From assembly GCA_035649455.1 (NCBI GenBank), contig DASRJN010000577.1:1-40211 (forward strand): a stretch of DNA of 40,211 nucleotides. Reading direction: 5' to 3'. Under the pieces are notes generated by a model. It saw only the letters and a list, made by a program, of their open reading frames with translations, was not told the DNA's origin and searched no databases. A program made the position numbers and the translations under genes. The DNA is from Acidimicrobiales bacterium. Lineage in GTDB: Bacteria; Actinomycetota; Acidimicrobiia; Acidimicrobiales; VFJN01. Numbering within the stretch: position 1 is the first letter of the stretch; each line of letters begins with the position of its first letter. Shown piece by piece: positions 25,297-34,378 of this stretch.

Positions 25297-25313
25297 TTAT
25301 TTTGTGCCGTCGG

Positions 25314-25961
25314 TCACCCCGGAGGGAAGCACTCCAGCAGGCGGGGGAGCGCCTCGCGGTGGCCGTGGACCACCAGCTTGCCGGCGCGCTCGGCGGCCGC
25401 GACGCTCAGGCCCGCGAACGCCAGAGCTTCGAGCGTGTCGGGATCGGTCTCGACGACCAGGTCCGGGTCCTGCGCCTGGCCGCGGGCGATGTCGACGGTG
25501 CCGTGGTCGACGGTGAGCCGGAAGCTGTCGGTGGCGAAGCGAACCTCGGCGGTGAGGGAGCTGTCGCGGGCGGCGGCGGGATCGAAGCTGTTCTTGAGGG
25601 CGAGCATGGCGGAATCGCAGCCCACCGGCCGGTCATGAGTCAGGGCCGGTGAGCCCGCTCCCCAGCGCTGGAGGGCCAGGAGGATGGGCTCCAGCTCGGC
25701 TCCCCACTCGGTGAGCTCATAGACGTTGGCCGAGGCGGGGGGCGGGAGCCGGCGGCGGCGCACGACGCGCGCCTCTTCGAGCTCACGGAGCCGCTGGGTC
25801 AGCACGTTGGGGCTGCCGTGGGCCAGGCCGCCCTGCAGGTCGGTGAAGCGCTTGGGGCCGAAGAGCAGGTCGCGGACGATCAACAGGGCCCACCGCTCGC
25901 CGACCAGGTCGAGCGCGTGGGCGGAGGAGCAGCCATCCCCGTAGGTGCGCATCGAGGTCAT
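25314..25961 (-). CDS. HxlR-type winged-helix regulator with C-terminal SCP2 (sterol-carrier-like) domain
   Basis: ..HALDLVGERWALLIVRDLLFGPKRFTDLQGGL..SPNVLTQRLRELEEARVV.. (HxlR). C-terminus ..DPDLVVETDPDTLEALAFAGLSVAAAERAGKLVVHGHREALPRLLECF resembles SCP2. Confidence 0.7.
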   Translation of the reverse strand: MTSMRTYGDGCSSAHALDLVGERWALLIVRDLLFGPKRFTDLQGGLAHGSPNVLTQRLRELEEARVVRRRRLPPPASANVYELTEWGAELEPILLALQRWGAGSPALTHDRPVGCDSAMLALKNSFDPAAARDSSLTAEVRFATDSFRLTVDHGTVDIARGQAQDPDLVVETDPDTLEALAFAGLSVAAAERAGKLVVHGHREALPRLLECFPPG

Positions 25962-26022
25962 GATCAGAGCTTACCGAACTTTCTCCTGAGTTCGCGATGA
26001 GTCCTTGCACTAGAGAACGTCT

Positions 26023-26041
26023 TACTCCTAGTTTAGGAGTA
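26023..26041. promoter_or_regulatory. Perfect palindrome TACTCCTA-GTT-TAGGAGTA, candidate HxlR operator
   Basis: Read directly. In the 95-bp divergent region between the HxlR-SCP2 gene and the MFS gene, immediately upstream of the MFS RBS. Confidence 0.5.
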
Positions 26042-26056
26042 TCAGGAGGCGAAGTC

Positions 26057-27328
26057 ATGACCCACCGAACCCTCTTCCCTGGCCCCGTCCACCAGCGCCT
26101 GGCCCCGCTGATCGCCGCGTCGTTCTTCGGCGGCATCGCCCTCTGGGTGCCGGTCGAGAAGCTGTTCCTGGCCGAGCTGGGCTTCACACCGCAGACCATC
26201 GGCATCATGGCGGCCGCCTACGCCGGGGTCGTGCCGCTGCTCGAGATCCCCTCCGGCATCCTCGCCGATCGCTGGAGCCGGCGGGGCGTCCTGCTCCTCG
26301 GCAACGCCGGGGTCTTCCTCAGCGTCCTGGTCGGCGCGCTCAGCTTCGACGTCGCCAGCTACGTCGTGGCCGCGGTGCTGTTGGGCGTCTACCTCGCCAT
26401 GCAGTCCGGCACGCTGGACTCGATCGTGTACGACACCGTGCTGGAGGAGAACGGGGACAGCGGTGCGTTCGAGTCCCTGCTCGGCCGCATCCGCACGCTG
26501 GAGAGCGTGGCGCTGGTGACGGGTGCCCTCGCGGGCGGGGCCCTGGCGGCGGCGACCGCTCCCCGGGTCACGTACTTCGCCACGCTGCCGTTCATCGCCC
26601 TGTCGACCGTGTTCCTCGTCGCCTTCCGTGAGCCCCACCTGCACGAGGCCGGCGAGAGCCGCTCGCTGCGCCAGCACGTCGCGGTGACCTTCGGCGTGCT
26701 CCGGCGGGACCGGAGCCTGCTGCCGGTGGTCGCCCTCATGGTCCTGTCGGCCACCCTCATGCAAGCCGTGTTCGAGTTCGGGCCCCTGTGGCTGGTCGAG
26801 GCGGACGCCGGCGCCGGTGCGTTCGGCCCGCAGTGGGCCGCCCTCATGGCCTCGCTCGGCCTGGGCGGAGCCCTCGCCGGCCGGCTCCGGTCCGACGGTG
26901 CGGGCACCGTGCGGGCCCTCGGTGTGGTCGTGGCCGGCGCCGCCGCCGTGCTCGTGGTGAGCCACCACATTGCGGTCGTCACCGCGGCGCAGGTCGTGGT
27001 GGCGATGGTGGCTGTCATCCTCGGCATCTTCCTCACCCGACGGCTGCACGATGCGGTGCCGTCCGACGTGAGGACCGGCGTCGCCTCGGGCGTCGGGGCC
27101 GCCACGTGGGCGACGTTCCTGCCCTTCTCCCTCGGGTTCGGCGCGGTAAGCGAGCGGTGGGGCGTGCACACCGCCGGCTGGCTCCTGGTGGCGATCGCGG
27201 TGGCGATCGCCGGGTTGATCGTCGCCACCCACCGCCCGTGCCCGGAGACCGCTGTGGCCGAGCCCGTCGCCCTGCGCCCCGCCGCCATCCGCCCCGTCGC
27301 CGTGCCCTGCGGCGCCGTGGCTGCCTGA
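26057..27328 (+). CDS. MFS transporter (12-TMS type)
   Basis: ATG 26057, 7 nt after AGGAGG. Multiple hydrophobic helices, ..GILADRWSRRGVLL.. loop 2-3 motif. Confidence 0.75.
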   Translation: MTHRTLFPGPVHQRLAPLIAASFFGGIALWVPVEKLFLAELGFTPQTIGIMAAAYAGVVPLLEIPSGILADRWSRRGVLLLGNAGVFLSVLVGALSFDVASYVVAAVLLGVYLAMQSGTLDSIVYDTVLEENGDSGAFESLLGRIRTLESVALVTGALAGGALAAATAPRVTYFATLPFIALSTVFLVAFREPHLHEAGESRSLRQHVAVTFGVLRRDRSLLPVVALMVLSATLMQAVFEFGPLWLVEADAGAGAFGPQWAALMASLGLGGALAGRLRSDGAGTVRALGVVVAGAAAVLVVSHHIAVVTAAQVVVAMVAVILGIFLTRRLHDAVPSDVRTGVASGVGAATWATFLPFSLGFGAVSERWGVHTAGWLLVAIAVAIAGLIVATHRPCPETAVAEPVALRPAAIRPVAVPCGAVAA

Positions 27329-27358
27329 CCACTGACCACCCGACGAAAGGACAGACCC

Positions 27359-27841
27359 ATGCCCACCTCCGACCCCGCCCGCGACCTCCAAGCCATCGCC
27401 GGCCGCTGGCTGACCTCAGGTCACATCGTCGGCGACGAGCCCATCCTCATCACCGGGACGGACACCTACGACGTGCTTGCGGGTGGGCACTTCCTCGTCC
27501 ACCACGTCGACGTGCACGTCGGCGACCAGCCGGTCGTGGCGATCGAGATCATCGGCGAGCCCAACCCCGGCGGTGGCTACCTCGCCCGTAGCTACGACAA
27601 CGCCGGCAACGCCGAGCTCATGACCCTGACCATTGATGACGCGGGCGTCTTCCACTTCGAGGGCGGCGGCGAGGTTGCTTCCGCCGCCCAGCCAGGGGAC
27701 GCCCCCACGGCCCGCGTCCGGGCGACGCTGACGGTCGCGGCCGATGGCCAGTCGATGCACGCGCTCTGGGAACGGTCCGAGGACGGCTCGACGTGGCAGC
27801 TGTGGATGGACATGGACTTCCGCCTCGACACGCGCGCTTAG
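27359..27841 (+). CDS. Small beta-rich protein, DUF1579/lipocalin-like (tentative)
   Basis: 160 aa behind GAAAGGA. The pattern ..GRWLTSGHIVG....GGHFLVHHVD......YDNAGNAEL....DG.TWQLWMDMDF resembles DUF1579-type barrels. Assignment is from memory only. Confidence 0.4.
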   Translation: MPTSDPARDLQAIAGRWLTSGHIVGDEPILITGTDTYDVLAGGHFLVHHVDVHVGDQPVVAIEIIGEPNPGGGYLARSYDNAGNAELMTLTIDDAGVFHFEGGGEVASAAQPGDAPTARVRATLTVAADGQSMHALWERSEDGSTWQLWMDMDFRLDTRA

Positions 27842-27850
27842 GCTCGCGGT

Positions 27851-28639
27851 GTGGGCGCGCATCCGGTGTTCGCGGACGGTACGGACCTGGCCGCGGTGGC
27901 GCACTTTCGGCGGGAGGGCTGGGTGCATGTCCGGCGGCCCGGCGCCGAAGCGCTGGCGGGCGAGCTGCAGGCCTGGGCCGACGACGTCGCCCGCTGGGCC
28001 GACGACGGCGGCGGGTGGCTGGCCTACCGGGAGCTGACCGACGCCGGTCCGGCCCTGTGCCGCACCGAGAACCTGGTCCCTCATCACGACGGCCTGCGGG
28101 CGCTGCTGTGCACCGGGGCCCTGCCGGCCGAGGCCGGAGCGCTGCTGGGGGAGAAGGCGATCCTGTACAAGGACAAGCTGAACCACAAGCTCCCGGGGGG
28201 TGCCGGGTACGCGCCGCACCAGGACGCCCCGGCCTACCCGTTCGTCGACGTGCATGTGTCGTGCATGGTGGCGATCGACGACGCCGGCGAGGACAACGGC
28301 TGCCTGGAGGTCGCGTCCGGGGCCCACGACCGGTTGTGGCCGACCGACGCGGCGGGCTGCCTGGTCCCGGAGGTCGTGGCGTCGTTCCGGTGGTCGCCCG
28401 TGCCGTTGCGGGCGGGCGACACGCTGTGGTTCGGAACCCGCACGCCGCACCGCAGCGGGCCCAACCGCTCGCCGCGGCCCCGCCGGGCGCTGTACCCGAC
28501 CTACAACGCCGGCGCCGAGGGCGACCTGCGGGTCGACTACTACCGCCAGAAGGCGGCCGAGCTGGCCGCCGTCCCGCCCGGCGGCGACCGGGTGCCGGTG
28601 TCGCTGATCGGCGACTTCCAGGGACGGCCCGTCCGGTGA
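27851..28639 (+). CDS. PhyH-family Fe(II)/2-oxoglutarate dioxygenase, PhnY*-like
   Basis: 262 aa. Facial triad candidates PHQD....HRSGPN. Size and family match PhnY*. Translationally coupled (GTGA) to a PhnZ-like HD gene. Confidence 0.7.
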   Translation: MGAHPVFADGTDLAAVAHFRREGWVHVRRPGAEALAGELQAWADDVARWADDGGGWLAYRELTDAGPALCRTENLVPHHDGLRALLCTGALPAEAGALLGEKAILYKDKLNHKLPGGAGYAPHQDAPAYPFVDVHVSCMVAIDDAGEDNGCLEVASGAHDRLWPTDAAGCLVPEVVASFRWSPVPLRAGDTLWFGTRTPHRSGPNRSPRPRRALYPTYNAGAEGDLRVDYYRQKAAELAAVPPGGDRVPVSLIGDFQGRPVR

Positions 28640-29157
28640 CGACCGTCGACGACGTCCTCGAGCTGTACGAGCGCTGGGGCGACCACCACTACGACGAGGT
28701 GGTCGCCCAGGGGCTGCACGCCCGGCAGACCGCAGCGCTGGCGGCGGAAGCCGGTGCAGACGACGCGGTCGTGGTCGCGGCGCTGCTTCACGACATCGGG
28801 CATCTGCTCGACCTGGCGGGCCATCCGGCGGCGCCTCACGAGGTGACAGGCCCGGCGTTCCTGGCCGGCCTGTTCCCCGCGGCGGTCACCGATCCCATCA
28901 GGCTCCATGTGGAGGCCAAGCGCTACCTGTGTGCGGTCGACCCGGCGTACCGCGACCGCCTGTCGGCCGGCTCGAAACGCAGCCTGCTCCGCCAGGGCGG
29001 CCCGCTGGCGCCCGACGAGGTGGTGTCGTTCGAGGCCCTACCTGGCGCGACCGGGGCGGTGGCGCTCCGCCGCTGGGACGACGACGGCAAGGTCGCCGGC
29101 CTGGCCGTGCCAGAGCTGGAGGCCTACGAGCCCCTGTTGAGGTCGGTCGGCCCATGA
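28636..29157 (+). CDS. phnZ: HD-domain oxygenase, PhnZ-like (phosphonate C-P cleaving diiron family)
   Basis: 173 aa. ..YDEVVAQGLHARQTAALA....AALLHDIGHLL....HEVTGPAFL....RLHVEAKRYLC....LRRWDDDGK reproduces the H / HD / H / H / D ligand series and the HV.AKRYL and R.WDD.(A/G)K blocks I recall for PhnZ/MIOX-type HD oxygenases. Confidence 0.65.
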   Translation: MTTVDDVLELYERWGDHHYDEVVAQGLHARQTAALAAEAGADDAVVVAALLHDIGHLLDLAGHPAAPHEVTGPAFLAGLFPAAVTDPIRLHVEAKRYLCAVDPAYRDRLSAGSKRSLLRQGGPLAPDEVVSFEALPGATGAVALRRWDDDGKVAGLAVPELEAYEPLLRSVGP

Positions 29158-29942
29158 GGGTGCTGACGCTCAACATCTGGAACCTCAGCGGCGACTGGCG
29201 GGCCCGGCGCGGGGCCATCGTCGCCGTCATCCAGCGCTGGGAGCCTCACGTGGTGTGCCTGCAGGAAGTGGTCGAGAGCGATCGCGGGAACCAGGCGCAG
29301 TGGCTGGCCGAGACGCTGGGCGGCTGGCCGATGGCGTATGCCGGAGCCCGCTACGGGCCGGTCGACGGGGTGCGGTTCGGCAACGCCATCCTGAGCCGGC
29401 GGCCCGTCGAGGCGACCAGCCAGATCGACCTGCCGGAGCGCCGCGACGAGCAGGAGGTGCAGCGCGTGGTGCTGCACGCCCGCACCGGCGGGGTCGACGT
29501 GTACTGCACCCACCTGGCTTGGCAGCTCCACGACGCCCTGCTGCGGGAGCAGCAGGTGCGGGCGCTGGTGCGCTTCGTCGAGGAGACCAGCGACCCGGCC
29601 GCCACGCTGGGTCCGGTGGTGGCCGGCGACTTCAACGCCGAGCCCGACGCCACCGCCATCCGCTACCTGTGCGGCCTCGCCACGCTCGACGGCACGAGCA
29701 CCTACTTCCAGGACGCATGGCGGCTGGCCGGGGACGCCGGCCCCGGCCTGACGTGGTCCAACGCCAACCCGCACGCAGCGCTCGACGCCGAGCCCGATCG
29801 GCGCCTCGACTACATCTTCAGCGGGTTCCGCGGCCGGTCCGCCGCCGGGCGGCCGCTCGCCTGCCGAGTGGTGGCCGACGCTCCGGTCGAAGGGGTCTGG
29901 CCGACGGACCATTTCGGGGTGCTGGCCGACCTCCACGACTGA
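29154..29942 (+). CDS. Endonuclease/exonuclease/phosphatase (EEP) family phosphoesterase, no signal peptide
   Basis: ATGA overlap with the HD gene. MRVLTLNIWN.., ..VVCLQEV.., ..GNAILSR.., ..VVAGDFNAEP.., ..DYIF.., ..SDHF-like TDHFGV are the EEP catalytic blocks. Confidence 0.75.
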   Translation: MRVLTLNIWNLSGDWRARRGAIVAVIQRWEPHVVCLQEVVESDRGNQAQWLAETLGGWPMAYAGARYGPVDGVRFGNAILSRRPVEATSQIDLPERRDEQEVQRVVLHARTGGVDVYCTHLAWQLHDALLREQQVRALVRFVEETSDPAATLGPVVAGDFNAEPDATAIRYLCGLATLDGTSTYFQDAWRLAGDAGPGLTWSNANPHAALDAEPDRRLDYIFSGFRGRSAAGRPLACRVVADAPVEGVWPTDHFGVLADLHD

Positions 29943-29968
29943 GCCCGACCGCCTTTTGTAGTCGGCTC
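29941..29968 (+). terminator. Weak hairpin GAGCC(C)GAC-N11-GTCGGCTC with TTTT in the loop, directly after the EEP gene
   Basis: Read directly. 8-bp stem with one bulge. Confidence 0.25.
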
Positions 29969-30060
29969 CGCACGTTTCGCGGGCACGGCCGCGCGGGAGT
30001 CCCTACGATCTGTGGCGAAGGGTGGCCCTACAAGGGGAACCAAGTGTCGGGAGGATCCTC

Positions 30061-31881
30061 GTGAGACGTCACGTCCTCGTCGCCTGGCTGGGCGCGCTCG
30101 CGCTCCTGGCCGGCTCATTCGCCCAACCCACCGGAGCGCAGGCACCCGCCCAGGAGCCACCGCCGCCCGGCCGCTACGAGGTGACCGGGCCGGCAAACGC
30201 CGTCCAGCGCTCGGCCGTGGCCCGCACCGGGGCCGCCATCGACGAGGTGCACGCCGACGGGGTGGTGGTGACGGCCACGGCTCGTGAAGCGCGGGCCATC
30301 GCCGCGCTCGGCTACCAGGTCCAGCCCCTCGACGAGGTCGGCGCCCAGGTCTTGCCGCCCGGCTTCGAGGCCTACCACGACTACGCGGAGATGAACGCGG
30401 AGATCGCCCAGGCGGTGACGGATCACCCGGCGATCCTGCAGCGGCGGGTGATCGGCACGTCGTTCCAGGGCCGCGAGATCGTCGCCCTGAGGATCAGCGA
30501 CAACGTCGCCGCCGAAGAGGGCGAGCCCGAGGTGCTGTTCACGGCCTCCCAGCACGCTCGCGAGGTGCTGACGGTCGAGATGGCGCTGCGCATCCTCCAG
30601 CGCTACACCGACGGCTACGGGACCGACCCGCAGATCACCCAGGCGGTGAACAACCGCGTGATCTGGATCATCCCCAACGTGAACCCCGACGGCACCGAGT
30701 ACGACAAGACGACCACCGGGTTCCGGTCGTGGCGCAAGAACCGCCAGCCCAACGCCGGGTCCAGCGCCGTCGGGACCGACCTCAACCGCAACTGGGACTT
30801 CAACTGGGGGTGCTGCGGCGGGTCCTCCGGCACGACATCCAGCGAGACCTACCGCGGCCCGTCGCCGGCGTCGGCCCCCGAGGTGCAGACGGTGGCGAGC
30901 TTCGTCAACTCGCGCGTGATCGGCGGCCGCCAGCGGATCACCGCCCACATCGACTGGCACACCTACGGCGAGCTGGTGCTCTGGCCATACGGCTACACCT
31001 TCAACGACACGGCGCCGGGGTTGAACGCCACCGACCAGCAAGCCTTCGCCGCCCTCGGCACGGCCATGGCCAACACCAACGGCTACACGCCCCAACAGGC
31101 CAGCGACCTGTACATCACCGACGGCTCCATCGACGACTGGATGTGGGGCCGGCACCGCATCTTCAGCTACACGTTCGAGATGTTCCCGGTGTCGGGCCAG
31201 GGTGGCTTCTACCCCGACGACGCCTTCATCGGCCGGGAGACCTCGCGCAACGACGCCGCCGTCAGCCTCTTCCTCGACTATGCCGACTGCCCCTACCGGA
31301 TCACCGGGGGCACCTGCGGCGCCCCCGGCAACCCGCCGGTCACGGTGTACGCCGACGACTTCGAGACCGCCACCGGCTGGACGACCAACCCGGCCGGCAC
31401 CGACACGGCGGTCACCGGCGCGTGGCAGCGGGCCGATCCGGCCGCGACCAGCTCGGGCGTGGCGCTGCAGCTGGGGACCACCACCAGCGGCACCAACGAC
31501 CTCGTCACCGGGGCCACGGCCGGGTCCAGCGCAGGCGCCAACGATGTGGACGGCGGCCTCACGAGCATCCGCTCGCCGGCCGTCACCCTGCCGGCGACCG
31601 GCACGCTCACGCTGTCGGCCCGGTGGTACCTGGCGCACCTGAACAACTCGTCCAACGCCGACGCCTTCCGCATCCGGGTGGTGGCGGGCACCACGACGAC
31701 CACGGTGTTCCAGCAGCTCGGCGCGGCCACCAATCGGGCCGGCTCGTGGGGAACGGCCACCGTGGACCTGTCGTCGTTCCGCGGCCAGCCCATCCGCCTG
31801 CTGATCGAAGCCACCGACTCCGCCACCGCCAGCCTCGTCGAGGCGGGCGTCGACGACGTCCGCATCATCCAGCAGACCTAG
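30061..31881 (+). CDS. Secreted M14 zinc carboxypeptidase (carboxypeptidase T / SGCP-like) with C-terminal beta-sandwich domain
   Basis: GTG 30061 behind GGGAGGA. Signal peptide [28 protein letters not shown]. Zn ligands SQHAREVLT (HxxE) and IDWHTYGE, catalytic FTFEM-like YTFEM. About 200-aa extra C-terminal domain. Confidence 0.85.
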   Translation: MRRHVLVAWLGALALLAGSFAQPTGAQAPAQEPPPPGRYEVTGPANAVQRSAVARTGAAIDEVHADGVVVTATAREARAIAALGYQVQPLDEVGAQVLPPGFEAYHDYAEMNAEIAQAVTDHPAILQRRVIGTSFQGREIVALRISDNVAAEEGEPEVLFTASQHAREVLTVEMALRILQRYTDGYGTDPQITQAVNNRVIWIIPNVNPDGTEYDKTTTGFRSWRKNRQPNAGSSAVGTDLNRNWDFNWGCCGGSSGTTSSETYRGPSPASAPEVQTVASFVNSRVIGGRQRITAHIDWHTYGELVLWPYGYTFNDTAPGLNATDQQAFAALGTAMANTNGYTPQQASDLYITDGSIDDWMWGRHRIFSYTFEMFPVSGQGGFYPDDAFIGRETSRNDAAVSLFLDYADCPYRITGGTCGAPGNPPVTVYADDFETATGWTTNPAGTDTAVTGAWQRADPAATSSGVALQLGTTTSGTNDLVTGATAGSSAGANDVDGGLTSIRSPAVTLPATGTLTLSARWYLAHLNNSSNADAFRIRVVAGTTTTTVFQQLGAATNRAGSWGTATVDLSSFRGQPIRLLIEATDSATASLVEAGVDDVRIIQQT

Positions 31882-31995
31882 CCCGGATGACGTGGCGCGC
31901 ACGACGCCCGCCCCGCTCGCTACCGTGCGGGGGAGGACCGGTACAATCGGAAGCGACCACCGGCTGGGCGGTGGGATGACCAACGGGGGCGTGCT

Positions 31996-32835
31996 GTGAG
32001 CGACGTGCCGGTGACCGCGACCGGACGCGAGGGAGTCGGCCTGATCGACAGCAGTGCCCCTCACGCGGCCCGGGTGTACGACTACATGCTCGGCGGGACG
32101 ACCAACTTCGAAGTCGACCGCGCGGCCGCCGAGCAGGCCGCGGTCCTGGTGGGGGGCATGGACCGGATCCGCTCCGAGGTGCGGGCCAACCGGGCCTTCC
32201 TCGGCCGGGCGGTGCGCTGGCTGATCCACGAGGCCGGCATCCGCCAGTTCCTCGACATCGGCACCGGCATCCCCAACGACGACAACGTGCACGCCGTCGC
32301 TCTCCGGGAGGCGCCCGACGCCCGCGTCGTCTACGTCGACCACGACCCGATCGTCCTGGCCCACGCCCACCTCCTCCTGAAGGATGCGCCCGCCGGATCG
32401 ACCACCTACCTCCAGGCCGACTTCCGGCAGCCCGAGGACATCATCGAGCGGGCCGGCGCGCACCTCGATCTCACCCAGCCGGTGGCCGTGATGCTGGTCG
32501 GCCTGCTGCATCACTTCCGCGACACGGACGCGCCGGGCGAGCTGGTGGCGCGGCTGCTGCGGCGGGTGCCCAGCGGCAGCTACCTCGTGGTCTCGCACCT
32601 GGCCGGCGACATCCACGCCGAGGGGTACGTCGAGGCGGGCGAGGCGCTCGACGAGGCCATGGAGGAGCCGCTCGTCCTGCGCACCCACGACCAGGTCGCC
32701 GCGTTCCTCGCGGGCTGCGAGCCGGTCGAGCCGGGAGTGGTGCAGGTGGACGAGTGGCACCCGCCAGACGCCCGGGACCCCGGGCTCGACGGCTGGACCA
32801 ACCCGCTCTGGGCCGGGATGGGTCGGTTGCGGTAA
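31996..32835 (+). CDS. SAM-dependent methyltransferase (actinobacterial DUF574 / Methyltransf_19 type)
   Basis: ..ARVYDYMLGGTTNFEVDRAAAE.., ..IRQFLDIGTGIP.., ..VYVDHDPIVLAH.. are the family hallmarks. Confidence 0.7.
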   Translation: MSDVPVTATGREGVGLIDSSAPHAARVYDYMLGGTTNFEVDRAAAEQAAVLVGGMDRIRSEVRANRAFLGRAVRWLIHEAGIRQFLDIGTGIPNDDNVHAVALREAPDARVVYVDHDPIVLAHAHLLLKDAPAGSTTYLQADFRQPEDIIERAGAHLDLTQPVAVMLVGLLHHFRDTDAPGELVARLLRRVPSGSYLVVSHLAGDIHAEGYVEAGEALDEAMEEPLVLRTHDQVAAFLAGCEPVEPGVVQVDEWHPPDARDPGLDGWTNPLWAGMGRLR

Positions 32836-32846
32836 AGGAGGAGAAC

Positions 32847-34346
32847 GTGGCAGAGCTGTCGCGCCGGGCCGTGCTCAAGGGGATGGTGGCCGGGGTCACC
32901 GTGGTGGGGTGGAGCGCCCTCGATCGGGCATGGATCCCGGCAGGGGCCAGCGAGGCGGCCCGGGCCGGTGCCACTCCGCTGCCGCCGCTGGACGGCACGC
33001 TCGAGATGTCCCCGGCGGCGCTGGCCGCCTTCTCGGGCGACTTCGGGCGCCTGGTGACCGGCACGCCGATGGCCGTGCTGCGGCCGGGATCGGTGAAGGA
33101 CGTCGTCAAGATGGTCCGCTACGCCCGCAGCAACGGGCTGACCATCGCCATGAACGGCCAGAGCGGCACCGACGACGAGTTCGAGTCGCACTCCAACCTC
33201 GGCCAGGCGCTGGTGCCCGGAGGCATCGCCATCGATGCTCGCGGCCTGCGGACCATCCACAGCATCGACAACCGGTCCGCCGACGTGGACGCCGGCGTGA
33301 CCTGGTCCGAGCTCGATGCTGCCGCGGCCGGGGTCGGGCGGACCCCGCCGATGCTCACCGACTTCGTGCACCTGTCGATCGGCGGCACGCTGAGCGTGGG
33401 CGGCACCGGCGGGACCATGCAGAAGGTGGGGGCCCAGGTCGACACCGTCCGGTCGCTCGAAGTGGTCACCGGCGAGGGCAAGCGGGTCGAGTGCTCGCGC
33501 GAGGACAAGGCCGACCTGTTCAACGCGGTGCTCGCCGGCGCGGGTCAGTGCGCGGTCATCGTCCGGGCCAAGCTGGCGCTGGCGCCGCGGCAGACGCACG
33601 CGCTCGTCTTCAACCTGTTCTACGACGACCTCGCCACCTACGTCGCCGACCAGCTCACCGTGCTTCGCGACGGCCGCTTCTCCTACCAGGAGGGCCAGAT
33701 CGTCCGCCGGCCGGACGACACCGGCTGGCGCTACATGCTGGAGGCCGCGTCCTACTTCACGCCGCCGGCCGTGCCCGACCAGGCGGCGCTGCTGGCCGGG
33801 CTGTCCGACAACCGGGCCGAGGCGGTGATCACCACCGTGGGATACGAGGAGTGGGTCCACCGCGTCGACCCGGCGGTCGTGGCCCTCAAGGCCGCCGGCT
33901 TCTGGGCCCAGCCCCATGCGTGGGTGAGCCTGTTCGTGCCCGCCTCCCGCGCGGCCGAGTTCGCCACCTTCGTGACCTCCCAGCTCACCCCGCCCGACAT
34001 CGGCGCCGGGCTGGCGATCTACTTCCCCCTCGCCGGCGCCCGCCTCACGCGGCCGCTGATGGTCGTGCCCCGCAGCGAGCCGGCCGCCTTCCAGCTCAGC
34101 CTGCTGCGCTTCCCGTTCCCCTTCCCCGGCCAGCCGAGCAACGAGGCGATGCTCGCCCAGAACCGGGCCTTCTTCGACAAGGCCGTCGAGCTGGGCGGCA
34201 ACCGCTACATCATCGGGGCCGTCCCGGACATGACCCCGGCCGACTGGCGGCACCACTACGGGCCGGTGTTCCCGTTCTTCCAGCGGGCCAAGGCGGCCAA
34301 CGACCCCGACGGGATCCTCACGCCGGGCCAGCACATCTTCGGCTGA
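32847..34346 (+). CDS. Tat-exported FAD-linked oxidase (PCMH / cytokinin-dehydrogenase-like)
   Basis: GTG 32847 behind AAGGAGGAG. Twin-Arg signal LSRRAVLKGMVAGV. FAD_binding_4-like ..AVLRPGSVKDVVKMVRYARSNGLTIAMNGQS.. and C-terminal ..FFQRAKAANDPDGILTPGQHIF. Confidence 0.7.
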   Translation: MAELSRRAVLKGMVAGVTVVGWSALDRAWIPAGASEAARAGATPLPPLDGTLEMSPAALAAFSGDFGRLVTGTPMAVLRPGSVKDVVKMVRYARSNGLTIAMNGQSGTDDEFESHSNLGQALVPGGIAIDARGLRTIHSIDNRSADVDAGVTWSELDAAAAGVGRTPPMLTDFVHLSIGGTLSVGGTGGTMQKVGAQVDTVRSLEVVTGEGKRVECSREDKADLFNAVLAGAGQCAVIVRAKLALAPRQTHALVFNLFYDDLATYVADQLTVLRDGRFSYQEGQIVRRPDDTGWRYMLEAASYFTPPAVPDQAALLAGLSDNRAEAVITTVGYEEWVHRVDPAVVALKAAGFWAQPHAWVSLFVPASRAAEFATFVTSQLTPPDIGAGLAIYFPLAGARLTRPLMVVPRSEPAAFQLSLLRFPFPFPGQPSNEAMLAQNRAFFDKAVELGGNRYIIGAVPDMTPADWRHHYGPVFPFFQRAKAANDPDGILTPGQHIFG

Positions 34347-34378
34347 CCCTCGTCCCGGCTGCCGCTACCCTGCGCGCC

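Noticed and set aside
23502-25652. 716-aa + strand ORF
   Set aside because: It is antisense to the DHA2 MFS transporter and HxlR genes. It is Arg/Gly/Glu-rich low complexity, whereas the minus-strand frame gives a textbook 14-TMS MFS.
31882-31995. TACAAT-like hexamer (GGTACAATCGG) upstream of the DUF574 methyltransferase
   Set aside because: No matching -35 element lies at appropriate spacing, and a single hexamer match is not enough to call a promoter.
30115-32760. 881-aa minus-strand ORF
   Set aside because: It is antisense to the M14 carboxypeptidase and DUF574 methyltransferase genes, both of which have catalytic motifs. The product is Arg/Gly/Val/Asp-rich with no motifs.
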